Source: Thermoplasmatota archaeon (GTDB lineage: Archaea; Thermoplasmatota; Thermoplasmata; Halarchaeoplasmatales; Halarchaeoplasmataceae). Taken from it: a stretch of DNA of 64,000 nt. Where the stretch lies: NCBI GenBank assembly GCA_036626005.1, contig JAZKSP010000001.1:1344-65343 (forward strand). The letters are read 5' to 3'. Positions 9,865-19,528 of the stretch are shown here, in pieces. Both the position numbers and the translations under genes were made by a program. The notes under the pieces were generated by a model. The model saw only the letters and a list, made by a program, of their open reading frames with translations. It searched no databases and had not been told where the DNA came from. Positions within the stretch are counted from its first letter, which is position 1, and each line of letters begins with the position of its first letter.

Positions 9865-11112
9865 TTAAATTACATTGACCACTTCCTCGATCGAATCGAC
9901 TTTTTTAAATTCTGTCTTGCTGGATATCTCATTATAAAGCTTTAAAGCTCTATTTTGGTCTGTGAAATCTCGATCATGTATATTCTCTATATCGACAAGG
10001 ATCAGTTCCGTATCTTCAGTTATACCCTCTTTAACGGCCTCAAGATTTCTAATGTTTCCTTCGCCCACCGGAAAATCAGTCACCACAATGATATCTGCTT
10101 TCTTTATCAGTTCTATATTTTCTCTGTAGGAATCATAAGTGATCGATGAAAAGGGTGCTTCGGTCACGACTTCGATGTCCAAAAAGTCGGCTTTTTCAAG
10201 ATCAGAATCCATCACGTTCAGAACACCTGTGCTCACCTCAAACCCTTTTTCAACTAGGTCCTTGAGTAATGTACCAGTAGAACCCCCGCCACATATCACA
10301 TGGATTTTTTTTCCTCCTTTTTCGATTTTGATCTGTTTGTCTACAGGGGAGACATATAGACTGCCATCTTTTGGATGTTCGTGAACCTCGGCCTCGACAC
10401 CATAAACGGCTCTAAGATGAGTGTTTGTTAAAACTTCTTTAGGTCTTCCATGAGCATGTTTTCCCCCCTCTTCTAAAAGCAAGATTTTCTTGCAGTACCG
10501 AGCTGCTAGATTAAGATTGTGATGAACCGATATAACGGTGAGATTTTCTTTTTCGTTTTTCTTTTTCAACGTATCCATCACTTCTTTTTTATGTCCGATA
10601 TCGAGCTGAGAAGTTGCTTCGTCCAATAATAAAATATCTGGTTTTTGGGTCAAAGCTCTAGCTAAAACTACTCTCTGTAGTTCTCCTCCAGATAACTCCT
10701 TGACTGAACGGTCTTTGAATCTTAGAGTACTTGTGATATTCATAGCTTCCTCAGCTATCTCGATATCTTCTTTCCCTGGGCTTTCAAAACGCCCTAGATA
10801 AGGACTTCTGCCCATCAGAACTACATCTCGAACGGTGAACGGGAAGTTGATGAATGTATCTTGAGGAACAACAGAGACTTTCCTAGCGATCTCATTTCTA
10901 CTCATATTGTCGATATTCTTTTTATCGTACTTCACCTTTCCATCCCATATGGGGATCACTTTCGTCAAAGCTCTGATGAGAGTGCTTTTTCCAGATCCAT
11001 TAGGACCGATGATGCCAAGAAATGCTCCCTTCTCCACTTCGAAGGATATATCTTTCAGTATCTTTTCATCACCGTATCCGCTCACTAAACTACTCACTTT
11101 GAGTTCTACCAT
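9865..11112 (-). CDS. btuD: Cobalamin/iron ABC transporter ATPase with C-terminal extension
   Basis: GPNGSGKS, LSGGELQR, LLLDEAT. In an operon with the permease, binding protein and cobO. Confidence 0.85.
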   Translation of the reverse strand: MVELKVSSLVSGYGDEKILKDISFEVEKGAFLGIIGPNGSGKSTLIRALTKVIPIWDGKVKYDKKNIDNMSRNEIARKVSVVPQDTFINFPFTVRDVVLMGRSPYLGRFESPGKEDIEIAEEAMNITSTLRFKDRSVKELSGGELQRVVLARALTQKPDILLLDEATSQLDIGHKKEVMDTLKKKNEKENLTVISVHHNLNLAARYCKKILLLEEGGKHAHGRPKEVLTNTHLRAVYGVEAEVHEHPKDGSLYVSPVDKQIKIEKGGKKIHVICGGGSTGTLLKDLVEKGFEVSTGVLNVMDSDLEKADFLDIEVVTEAPFSSITYDSYRENIELIKKADIIVVTDFPVGEGNIRNLEAVKEGITEDTELILVDIENIHDRDFTDQNRALKLYNEISSKTEFKKVDSIEEVVNVI

Positions 11113-12161
11113 CCAGTCTCACCTCTATTTCTAACTAAAAGATAGATGAAGAAAGGCGAGCCTAGTAATACCGTAACGATCCCGACGGGTATTTCTCTAA
11201 CGAACTCAATGGGTATTTCCCCCATCATTCTAGAGATAGTGTCGCAAGTTACCAAGAATATGGCACCAAATAGAGCAGAGGTGGGGATCAACTTTTTGTG
11301 ATCGGGTCCGACCATCAATCTAGCGGCGTGGGGCATCATCAGACCCACAAAACCTATGACGCCGGTAAATGCGACCATCGTAGCGGCTAAAAGACTAGAA
11401 GTGAATAGTTGTATCTTTTTAGTCCGTTCCACCTCGACACCCAGCTGCATAGCGGATTCTTCCCCCATCTGGAAAAGATTTAGGTCTTTAGAATATGCAA
11501 AAACTAGGCTTATACCGAGTAACATTATGGGAAGTAATAACAAGACTTCCTTCCAAAGACTATGTTGCAGAGTACCTAACATGAATCGAAGTATCCTCAT
11601 ACGAATTTTTTTTCCCGGAGGACTAATATATCGAATGTAACTAGTCAGACCAGTCATCAAAAAGTTCATGGCCAATCCTGCGAGAAGTAAAGTTGCGATG
11701 TCGGTCTTACCCCTGACTCTTCCTAGAGCGAAAACCAAAATAACTGTCCCTAATGCAGTACCGAATGCAAAGAGGGGGAGTAGGTGGTAGGTCACCCCAA
11801 TAAATATCCCTACGGCGGCTCCCATCCCTCCGCCAGCTGATACGCCTAGTATGAAAGGAGAAGCTAGAGGGTTTTTGAAAACTCCCTGCATGGATGTACC
11901 CGAGACAGCTAAACTAGACCCTACGATCATCCCCATGATGATCCTAGGCAACCTAAGACTGATGACGATGGTTCTGTCTGTTCCCTCAAATGTCGGGAAC
12001 CATTTTCCTACAAGAGGGATTTCAGAAAGGATGATAGCGAGCACTTTTTGGAAAGGTATATCTACAGTGCCTATTGTTGCAGAATAAACTATCACGATGA
12101 ATAGGAGAATAAATAAGAAGAGTATGAATGATTTTGGTTTTTTTCTTATGTTTTCTCTCAT
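11106..12161 (-). CDS. btuC: FecCD/BtuC-family ABC permease
   Basis: LRLPR, KNPLASPFILGVSAG, GFVGLMMPH, IPVGIVT. Confidence 0.88.
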   Translation of the reverse strand: MRENIRKKPKSFILFLFILLFIVIVYSATIGTVDIPFQKVLAIILSEIPLVGKWFPTFEGTDRTIVISLRLPRIIMGMIVGSSLAVSGTSMQGVFKNPLASPFILGVSAGGGMGAAVGIFIGVTYHLLPLFAFGTALGTVILVFALGRVRGKTDIATLLLAGLAMNFLMTGLTSYIRYISPPGKKIRMRILRFMLGTLQHSLWKEVLLLLPIMLLGISLVFAYSKDLNLFQMGEESAMQLGVEVERTKKIQLFTSSLLAATMVAFTGVIGFVGLMMPHAARLMVGPDHKKLIPTSALFGAIFLVTCDTISRMMGEIPIEFVREIPVGIVTVLLGSPFFIYLLVRNRGETGW

Positions 12162-13198
12162 GCTTTTATTTTCTTAATCTTTTTTGCTATCGTACACACG
12201 CCTATAGAACCTCCAAGCAATCCAACACTTAAACCGGGTATCTCTTCATAAGCATTCTCTTCGTTTTCTCCGTTGGCTTCTACACTTGTGATAATTTCAG
12301 TTAGATTCTCCTCAGCGTTCACCACCCGTGGTCCAGGGCGGGACATGATATCACTGTTTATATAGTATATCTCGTCGTTCTCTACTGCTGTAATCTCCTG
12401 CCAGGGATCTTCCTTAACAAGATTTTCTAGGTCTTCCTTTAGACGCTCAGTACCGATAATAACTTCAGGATCCTCTGCGACGATCTTTTCTTCGGATATC
12501 ATCCACCATCCGTTTTCTTCTTTTGCTATATTCTGACCCCCTGCTTTCTCTATTAACGTATTTTGGAATGTATTATTCCCAGGGGTATATATAGGATCTA
12601 TCCCGGTTATATAAAAGGTGTCGACTCTTTCTTCCTTTGGCAGGTCTCTAGTATCCTCGGTTATAATGTCCATCTCTGATTTCAAACCATCGACTTTTTC
12701 ATCAGATCTTTCACCGATTCCGCACATTTCTCCTAAAAGTCCCATGTCGGAATAGACATCATCTAACGTTGTAGAGGATGTAGCTACTACCGTAATGTTA
12801 TATTCGTTCAAATTGTTGATCATCTCTGTGTTGTAAAAAGGAGTAACTACAACGTCTGGTTCAAGATCTATTATTTTTTCGTAATCTACGTTGAAAGAGT
12901 CTCCAACTTGGGGAAGATCTTTTACTTCCGGCGGATAGTCACTATGGTCATCTGTAGCGATAATTCTATCGCCTACTTCTAAATGGAAAAGTATCTCGGT
13001 GTTAGAGGGCATGAAAGAGATGATCCTTTCAGGTGGTTCCTCAAAGGTGACTTCAACTCCTCGAGCGTCGATGACGGTTATCTTTGCTGATTCTAGACTT
13101 TCTTCAGATTGGGCGTTCATCACTAGACCGTTTCCGATCAAAACAAACATGATTAGTACACTCAAAAACACAATTAGAAAATTTCGTTTTTCAAACAT
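12158..13198 (-). CDS. btuF: BtuF-like ABC substrate-binding protein
   Basis: Signal peptide, ERIISFMPSNTEIL, SRPGPR. C-terminal IPG + hydrophobic + basic tail. Confidence 0.85.
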   Translation of the reverse strand: MFEKRNFLIVFLSVLIMFVLIGNGLVMNAQSEESLESAKITVIDARGVEVTFEEPPERIISFMPSNTEILFHLEVGDRIIATDDHSDYPPEVKDLPQVGDSFNVDYEKIIDLEPDVVVTPFYNTEMINNLNEYNITVVATSSTTLDDVYSDMGLLGEMCGIGERSDEKVDGLKSEMDIITEDTRDLPKEERVDTFYITGIDPIYTPGNNTFQNTLIEKAGGQNIAKEENGWWMISEEKIVAEDPEVIIGTERLKEDLENLVKEDPWQEITAVENDEIYYINSDIMSRPGPRVVNAEENLTEIITSVEANGENEENAYEEIPGLSVGLLGGSIGVCTIAKKIKKIKA

Positions 13199-13269
13199 AC
13201 AATTTCCTCCATGTAGATTTACAAAACTAAAAATAACTTTAATTATTTATAATTTGTCTTCCTTATTCA

Positions 13270-13803
13270 CTACTTCTCTATTCCATCCCGCGCTTCTATT
13301 CCTTCCTGGTATGGGTGTTTTATTTCCTTCATCTCAGTAACGAGATCGGCTCTTTCGAGAAGTTCTTCTGGGGCCTTTCTCCCTGTAAAGATCAGTTCTA
13401 CATCATCTGGTTTATTTTCTACCAGCTCCATCATATCTTCTAACTTTAGAAGACTAAAATGATAAGCCACACAAATCTCGTCCGCGATCACAATATCATA
13501 ATCCCCTGAGAGCATGGCTTCGCTTATCTTCTTCAATCCCTCTCTAGCTTCCCTTTTTTCCTCTTCCTTTGGATCCTCCTCTAGATGAAAATCACCACTC
13601 CCGTACTGTTCCATGTCAATCTGGTCTGAAAATCTTTCTAATGCTTTATGTTCTCCATAATCAGGAGTTTTCATGAACTGCCCAATATAGATTTTAAAAC
13701 CTCTTCCGACAGCTCGGACCGCGAGACCTATAGCTGCAGTAGTCTTCCCCTTCCCATCGCCGGTATAAACTTGGACAAGTCCTTTGTCGAGTCCTTCAGT
13801 CAA
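13270..13803 (-). CDS. cobO: Cob(I)alamin adenosyltransferase (CobO/BtuR)
   Basis: VYTGDGKGKTTAA, ELIFTGR, ADLVTEM...KHPY. TTG start after AGGTGA. Confidence 0.93.
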   Translation of the reverse strand: MTEGLDKGLVQVYTGDGKGKTTAAIGLAVRAVGRGFKIYIGQFMKTPDYGEHKALERFSDQIDMEQYGSGDFHLEEDPKEEEKREAREGLKKISEAMLSGDYDIVIADEICVAYHFSLLKLEDMMELVENKPDDVELIFTGRKAPEELLERADLVTEMKEIKHPYQEGIEARDGIEK

Positions 13804-13945
13804 TAAATCACCTTTCTAGCAAATTTTAGCTTATTAAAGCTATATTTAATAAACACAACTTCCTTTTAAACTTTTACACATTGTACAATCTAGCATCTCG
13901 AAAAATGACAAAATCTATATGGATTGTTCTAATTATATGAATACT

Positions 13946-14980
13946 ATGAGTTATCGCGAAGATGAGCTAAATCTGCGCTTGCTCAGATATCTATTATCTG
14001 GAGAAGGGGTCCATGTGAATATCAGCAAACTTTCTAGAGAATTAGATATTCATTGGGCGACGGTCAAGAAGAGACTCGAAAACCTTTATGATAATGATTT
14101 GTTGAATCCCCCTTTTTACCCGTTCATTCAATTGTTTGAAGAATATCCTCTCCTTGTTTTAGTAAAAGCTGATATGCCGAGGACTCGAGGCATAAAGAAC
14201 TTTTACCAGGATGACTCCCATATTTTTGCTGCTTTTTCATGTATGGAGGGGTTTTTCAACACCTTTTTGATCGAATACTTCGAAGGGTTGGAGGAGTACC
14301 ACTCATGGAGAGGCGATATCGTAAAGCAGGACAAGATACCGGAAAGAGGGGAAAGAACTCCAGCCCATGCTGAATACTTTAGTAATAGACTGACCTTCAA
14401 ATACGAGCCTACATGTTTCATAGACAAGATGGTGGAGGATTTCGAGGAGAAGGGATTTATCGAACTTGGTGGACAAAAGGTCGATGGAGAGTCTTTTCGA
14501 ATTTTAGAAAAGGTGATGAAAGGGGAGAGTATAAGGACTAATTATTCCTATATAGGACGGGAGATCGGAATTAACAGGAAAACGGTGAAGAGGAGGATCG
14601 ATGATTTATTAGATAAAGATATTATCCAAAAACCGAAGTGCTTTTTCCCGAATCTTTTCGTCCCTCCCGGCTATAATCTCATCATAACTCTGATTGAAGC
14701 CATTTCAGATATAGATGAAATCAAGGAATATCTTGCGAAAGACGAGAACGTCCCTATGGCTATAGAGACCAGTACGGAAAGATATAATTTTCTAGTTTTT
14801 TCCGCCTTTGGAAGTATAGAGGAATTTTTTGACTGGGGCGAAAAACTAAATTCTAAACATCCGGGAAAGATCGGGGCTATATCTAAAACTATTCTTTCTT
14901 CGAAGATGATGCATCTTATAGAACCCCAGAAGGTCTCGCTCGGGTTTATAGAAAACAAGCTTTGGGATCTTAAGAGCTAG
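13946..14980 (+). CDS. Tandem (duplicated) Lrp/AsnC-like transcriptional regulator
   Basis: Two wHTH units (NISKLSRELDIHWATVKKRL; NYSYIGREIGINRKTVKRRI), each followed by a RAM-like domain. Start uncertain (13919, 13937 or 13946). Confidence 0.75.
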   Translation: MSYREDELNLRLLRYLLSGEGVHVNISKLSRELDIHWATVKKRLENLYDNDLLNPPFYPFIQLFEEYPLLVLVKADMPRTRGIKNFYQDDSHIFAAFSCMEGFFNTFLIEYFEGLEEYHSWRGDIVKQDKIPERGERTPAHAEYFSNRLTFKYEPTCFIDKMVEDFEEKGFIELGGQKVDGESFRILEKVMKGESIRTNYSYIGREIGINRKTVKRRIDDLLDKDIIQKPKCFFPNLFVPPGYNLIITLIEAISDIDEIKEYLAKDENVPMAIETSTERYNFLVFSAFGSIEEFFDWGEKLNSKHPGKIGAISKTILSSKMMHLIEPQKVSLGFIENKLWDLKS

Positions 14981-15172
14981 TTTTGGAAACTTTCATAAAA
15001 CGTATTCTTTCACATAATATCCAGAAAGACAAAATTATATTTTTAAATTTTTCTAAACATGAGGCCTAAATTATACATATGCTCCCCAATATATACACAA
15101 AAAACCTCTCTTTTTGTAAAAAGGTTTTTTATATCACCCACTGTTTCCCGAAAATACCCATGGTGATAAAAG

Positions 15173-16459
15173 ATGGCAGAAGAAGGATATAATCCGTTTA
15201 AGATGGCCCAACAACAGTTCGACAGGATAGCCGAACAATTAGATCTTGATGAGGCGTTGAGAGATCTGCTAAGAGAACCGTTGAGAGAGTATCACTTCAA
15301 CATACCCGTTAAGATGGATGATGGTTCTACAGAGGTTTTCAAGGGATTTAGAGTTCAGCACAATGATGCACTAGGTCCGTGCAAGGGCGGAATAAGATTC
15401 CATCCTGAAGAAACCGGAGATACAGTTAGGGCCCTCGCGATGTGGATGACTTGGAAGACCGCCGTTGCAGACATTCCACTTGGAGGCGGTAAGGGAGGAG
15501 TAATATGCGATCCACATGATCTATCAGATAGGGAACAGGAAAGATTGTGTAGAGAATATATCAAAAAGATAAATAAGAACATAGGACCGCTTCAAGATGT
15601 TCCCGCTCCCGACGTTATGACCAGCCCTCAACACATGCTCTGGATGATGGACGAGTATGAAAACATAGAAGGTGGGAAATATCCAGGAGTTATCACCGGT
15701 AAACCACAAGATATGGGGGGCTCTAAGGGAAGGACGGAAGCTACTGGCTACGGTTTAGTTTACCAGTTGAGAGAACTATTGAAAGAACTCGATAGAGATA
15801 TCGAGAATACTACTGCATCTATTCAAGGCTTTGGAAATGTCGCTCAGTACGCGGCCGAACTCTTCATAGAGTACGGCGGAACAGTCGTCTCAGTATCGTG
15901 CTGGGATCAGGATGATGAAAAAGCTTACAGTTATTACAAGGAAGACGGTATCGATCTTGAAGAATTAAGAGGGATAACTGATCGCTTCGGTTCTATAGAT
16001 AAAGATAAGGCGGAAGAGAAGGGCTATCAATGCCTAGGAGGCGATGAATGGTTAACCCATGAAGTAGACGTTTTGATCCCCGCGGCTCTAGAAAACGCCA
16101 TATCTGAAGACAACGTGCATGATATACCGAACTCTGTTGACATAATAATCTCTGGAGCTAACGGACCTATCACCCCAGAAGCTGACGACGAACTCGAAGA
16201 TAGAGACATCATCGTCGTACCGGACTTCCTGGCTAACGCCGGTGGTGTGATGTGCAGTTATTTCGAGCAGGTTCAGAGTAATCAAAACTACTACTGGTCT
16301 AAGGATGAAGTGTTAGGGAAATTGGACAACGGTATGACAGATGCTTTCTATGAAGTATGGGACCTCGCTCAGAGGAAGGATGTCAGATTGAGAGACGCAG
16401 CTTATATGATCGCTATACAGAGAGTAGCGGAAGCCTGCGAAGCCAGAGGCTGGGTATAA
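15173..16459 (+). CDS. gdh: Glu/Leu/Phe/Val dehydrogenase, GDH family II type
   Basis: [47 protein letters not shown]. Confidence 0.92.
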   Translation: MAEEGYNPFKMAQQQFDRIAEQLDLDEALRDLLREPLREYHFNIPVKMDDGSTEVFKGFRVQHNDALGPCKGGIRFHPEETGDTVRALAMWMTWKTAVADIPLGGGKGGVICDPHDLSDREQERLCREYIKKINKNIGPLQDVPAPDVMTSPQHMLWMMDEYENIEGGKYPGVITGKPQDMGGSKGRTEATGYGLVYQLRELLKELDRDIENTTASIQGFGNVAQYAAELFIEYGGTVVSVSCWDQDDEKAYSYYKEDGIDLEELRGITDRFGSIDKDKAEEKGYQCLGGDEWLTHEVDVLIPAALENAISEDNVHDIPNSVDIIISGANGPITPEADDELEDRDIIVVPDFLANAGGVMCSYFEQVQSNQNYYWSKDEVLGKLDNGMTDAFYEVWDLAQRKDVRLRDAAYMIAIQRVAEACEARGWV

Positions 16460-16481
16460 ATAGAATCAAAAAATAGAGAAA

Positions 16482-19481
16482 ATGCCCAACAAGATCGAAA
16501 AGATAAGAGAAGCGATCGAAGAAGCGACAGGTAAGTCACCTGAGTTACCGTCTTCAAAAACCCGTTCCAAGGACTTGGAGGCATCATTTATCGATGATGT
16601 CCTCCTCTTTTGCAATTCTTTTGATTATTTTTTAATACAGGAAGAAGGCCGTCTTGATGCTTTGATCGAGGATAAATTTTCCTCTGGAGGACTTAGACAA
16701 CCACCAAAAATTCAGCACGCCGAAACAAAGAAAGAATGCTCAGAAATCCTCAAAAAGTTGGACATAGATATGCTGATAATCTTCGGTACTCCTTTAGAGA
16801 ATGATATTGAGAAATTTTCGCAGTGGCTAGAAACGAGCTGTGAGGAATTACCAGTGGTCTGGATAAGTAATAACGATTCTGACTCTAATACTTCCCTCGA
16901 TGAGAAAATAGAATTCAAGGAAGTTTTCACCTGGAATGGTGACGGAAAAATCATCTTGACGATAATCCAATATATCGAAGACAACATCCGATTCAGGGAA
17001 GATCGTTTCGCAAAAAGAAAACGCCCTATCCTCCTCATCGAAGATTCAAAACAGTACTACTCCACCTATTTGACTCATATTTATGAAGAGATATGGTCTC
17101 ATCTTGATGCTATCCTTCATGAGGATTTGACGAAGGAAAAGAAAATCCAGCGCTATCTGAGAAGGCCTTTCGTTGTTCTTGCCGAGGATATCGATGAAGG
17201 AAGAGAGATTTACACTAAAATTGAGGAGGATCTTTTGTGCGTTATCACGGACAATAGATTGGAAACGGAAGACGGAAATCAGGAAAACGCTGGACTCCAG
17301 TTCGCTGAAGAGATAAAGCGTGACAATCCCGATCTTCCTGTACTTCTCCAATCTTCAGCATCTGTACCAAGTGAAAAAACAGATGAAAAGATTGAGATCG
17401 TGAATAAAAACGACCCCGCTCTCAATCAGGCGATCATTGATTTTATCGATGATAATTTATCCCCTGTAAGTTTAAAAGTTAGATTGGGAGAGGGATTCGA
17501 GGAGATAGAAGTAAAGACTATCGATGAGCTTCAAGAGGTTATCAAAGAGTTAGATGACCAAAAGATCAAAGATCTGATTGAGGACCCCGAGTTTGTCAAA
17601 TGGATGAGAGTTCTCACCGAGTTCGAATTGGCAGATAGCGTGGAAGTTATCAAAGACAACCATATCTCCCCCAGATCATATAGAGAAAAATTGTTAGATC
17701 TTTTAGAAGAATATAGATATGCCGATTATAGTACAGCGGTCACTGATTTTAAAAGAGAGAGGACTGAACCAAAGAACAAAATAAATCGAATAGGTGAAGG
17801 TGCGTTAGGAGGAAAGGCTAGAGGTTTGGCTTTCATATCAAAATTGTTTTCGAAATACCTTTCTGAAGACCTTTTTGAAGATCTAAAGATCACAGTTCCA
17901 AGAACCATCGTTTTGACCTCTGATGTTTTCGACAAATTTTTTGAGGAAAACGAGATAATAGAGTCTCGACTTTTTGAACTCTCGGATGAAAGGATCTCCT
18001 CGAAGTTCATAGATGGGAGTCTTCCCGCGACGATCATTGGCGATCTTCGTTCATTCATTAGAGAAACTCGGAATCCGTTGATCGTTCGGTCATCCGGGTT
18101 GTTAGAAGATTCCCTCACTAGACCATTTGCTGGCGTTTATTCTTCTATGTTCTTACCGAATGAATCGTGGGAGACTAGCCTGAGGTTCAAAGAGGTTTGT
18201 GAAGCGATAAAGCACGTTTACGCATCTACCTTTTTCGAAGAAGCAAGAAATTATCTCAAATCCACGCCTAAGAACATAGGCGATGAAAAGATGTCGGTGA
18301 TTATCCAGGAAGTTGTCGGTGGAAAAAACGGTAAATACTTCTATCCCACGATTTCGGGCGTGGCTAAATCATATAATTATTACACCTCTAAAGGTTGTAA
18401 ACCTGAAGACGGCATTGTCTATCTAGCTCTTGGATTGGGAAAAGAGATAGTGGAAGGTGGCTCTTCTTATTTTTTCTGTCCAGAATGTCCTAAATCTCCC
18501 ATGTTCGGGACTCCTAAAGATTTCGTTCCTCACTCTCAGACCGAATTCTATGCCCTGAATCTTGAGTCTATATACAGAGTAGTAGGAAAAAACGAAGAAT
18601 CTTCTCTAGAAAAGTTAGACATAACTCAGGCGGAGAAACACGGCGTACTCGACAAGATCGCCTCTACGTATTCACCGCGGGACGACCGGCTCTATCCAGG
18701 CATACATAGAGAGGGCTCTAGAGTAATAGATTTTGCACCCATAATAAACTACGATTCAATTCCATTGGCTCAGGCGATAAAAGTACTCATAGATGTATCT
18801 GAGATCGCTTTGGGTTATCCGGTAGAGATCGAGTTCGCCGTTGAATTTGAAGAGGAAGATGATAAACCTGCGAAGTTAGTGGTCCTTCAGATACGTAATA
18901 TGGTCTCAAAAACAGTCTTTCAAGATTTGGATATAGAAGAATGCGACGATGAGAAGTTGGTCTGTCAGAGTGAAAAAGTGTTGGGACACGGGATGCTCAC
19001 AGAGATAGAGGATGTGGTATACATTAAGCCCGGAGCCTTTGACATGAGTAATAGCGAGGATGCCGCTGAAGAGATCAAAAAGATCAATGCCAAACTCAGC
19101 GACGAGGGCAGAGAGTACCTCCTGGTGGGTCCCGGAAGATGGGGAACAACCGATCCCTGGATGGGCATCCCGGTTAGATGGGGAGATATAGCAGGATCGA
19201 AAGTGATCGTAGAGACCCCTACAGAGGGTAGGACCATCGAACCGTCCCAGGGGTCTCATTTCTTCCACGATATGCTGTCCTCTGAAACATGCTATATGGT
19301 AGTTGACGATGAGAACAAAGTTGATTGGGATTGGTTAGAGGAGAAAGAATATCAAAAGGAATTGGAATACGTTAGACATGTCCAACTTGACGAACCGCTG
19401 AAAGTTCAGGTCGATGGTAAAGAGGGAAGAGGGATCATAGAGAAAAAATTACAAAACAGATCTGAAACGAACAATATTTAA
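16482..19481 (+). CDS. PPDK_N (PEP/pyruvate-binding ATP-grasp) protein with N-terminal receiver-like domains
   Basis: LGGKARGL, IVRSSGLLEDS...FAGVY, IQEVVG, VEIEFA, LQIR. C-terminal GPGRWG and SQGSHFF. REC-like ILLIEDS / VITD / PVLLQSS. No PEP-utiliser TIM barrel. Confidence 0.85.
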   Translation: MPNKIEKIREAIEEATGKSPELPSSKTRSKDLEASFIDDVLLFCNSFDYFLIQEEGRLDALIEDKFSSGGLRQPPKIQHAETKKECSEILKKLDIDMLIIFGTPLENDIEKFSQWLETSCEELPVVWISNNDSDSNTSLDEKIEFKEVFTWNGDGKIILTIIQYIEDNIRFREDRFAKRKRPILLIEDSKQYYSTYLTHIYEEIWSHLDAILHEDLTKEKKIQRYLRRPFVVLAEDIDEGREIYTKIEEDLLCVITDNRLETEDGNQENAGLQFAEEIKRDNPDLPVLLQSSASVPSEKTDEKIEIVNKNDPALNQAIIDFIDDNLSPVSLKVRLGEGFEEIEVKTIDELQEVIKELDDQKIKDLIEDPEFVKWMRVLTEFELADSVEVIKDNHISPRSYREKLLDLLEEYRYADYSTAVTDFKRERTEPKNKINRIGEGALGGKARGLAFISKLFSKYLSEDLFEDLKITVPRTIVLTSDVFDKFFEENEIIESRLFELSDERISSKFIDGSLPATIIGDLRSFIRETRNPLIVRSSGLLEDSLTRPFAGVYSSMFLPNESWETSLRFKEVCEAIKHVYASTFFEEARNYLKSTPKNIGDEKMSVIIQEVVGGKNGKYFYPTISGVAKSYNYYTSKGCKPEDGIVYLALGLGKEIVEGGSSYFFCPECPKSPMFGTPKDFVPHSQTEFYALNLESIYRVVGKNEESSLEKLDITQAEKHGVLDKIASTYSPRDDRLYPGIHREGSRVIDFAPIINYDSIPLAQAIKVLIDVSEIALGYPVEIEFAVEFEEEDDKPAKLVVLQIRNMVSKTVFQDLDIEECDDEKLVCQSEKVLGHGMLTEIEDVVYIKPGAFDMSNSEDAAEEIKKINAKLSDEGREYLLVGPGRWGTTDPWMGIPVRWGDIAGSKVIVETPTEGRTIEPSQGSHFFHDMLSSETCYMVVDDENKVDWDWLEEKEYQKELEYVRHVQLDEPLKVQVDGKEGRGIIEKKLQNRSETNNI

Positions 19482-19528
19482 TAGCGGTTAGTCTAATTAT
19501 AGATTTAATCGGGCAGAGGTGACGAAGT

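Noticed and set aside
13804..13945. Cobalamin riboswitch upstream of cobO-btu
   Set aside because: The spacer is short and AT-rich with no B12-box.
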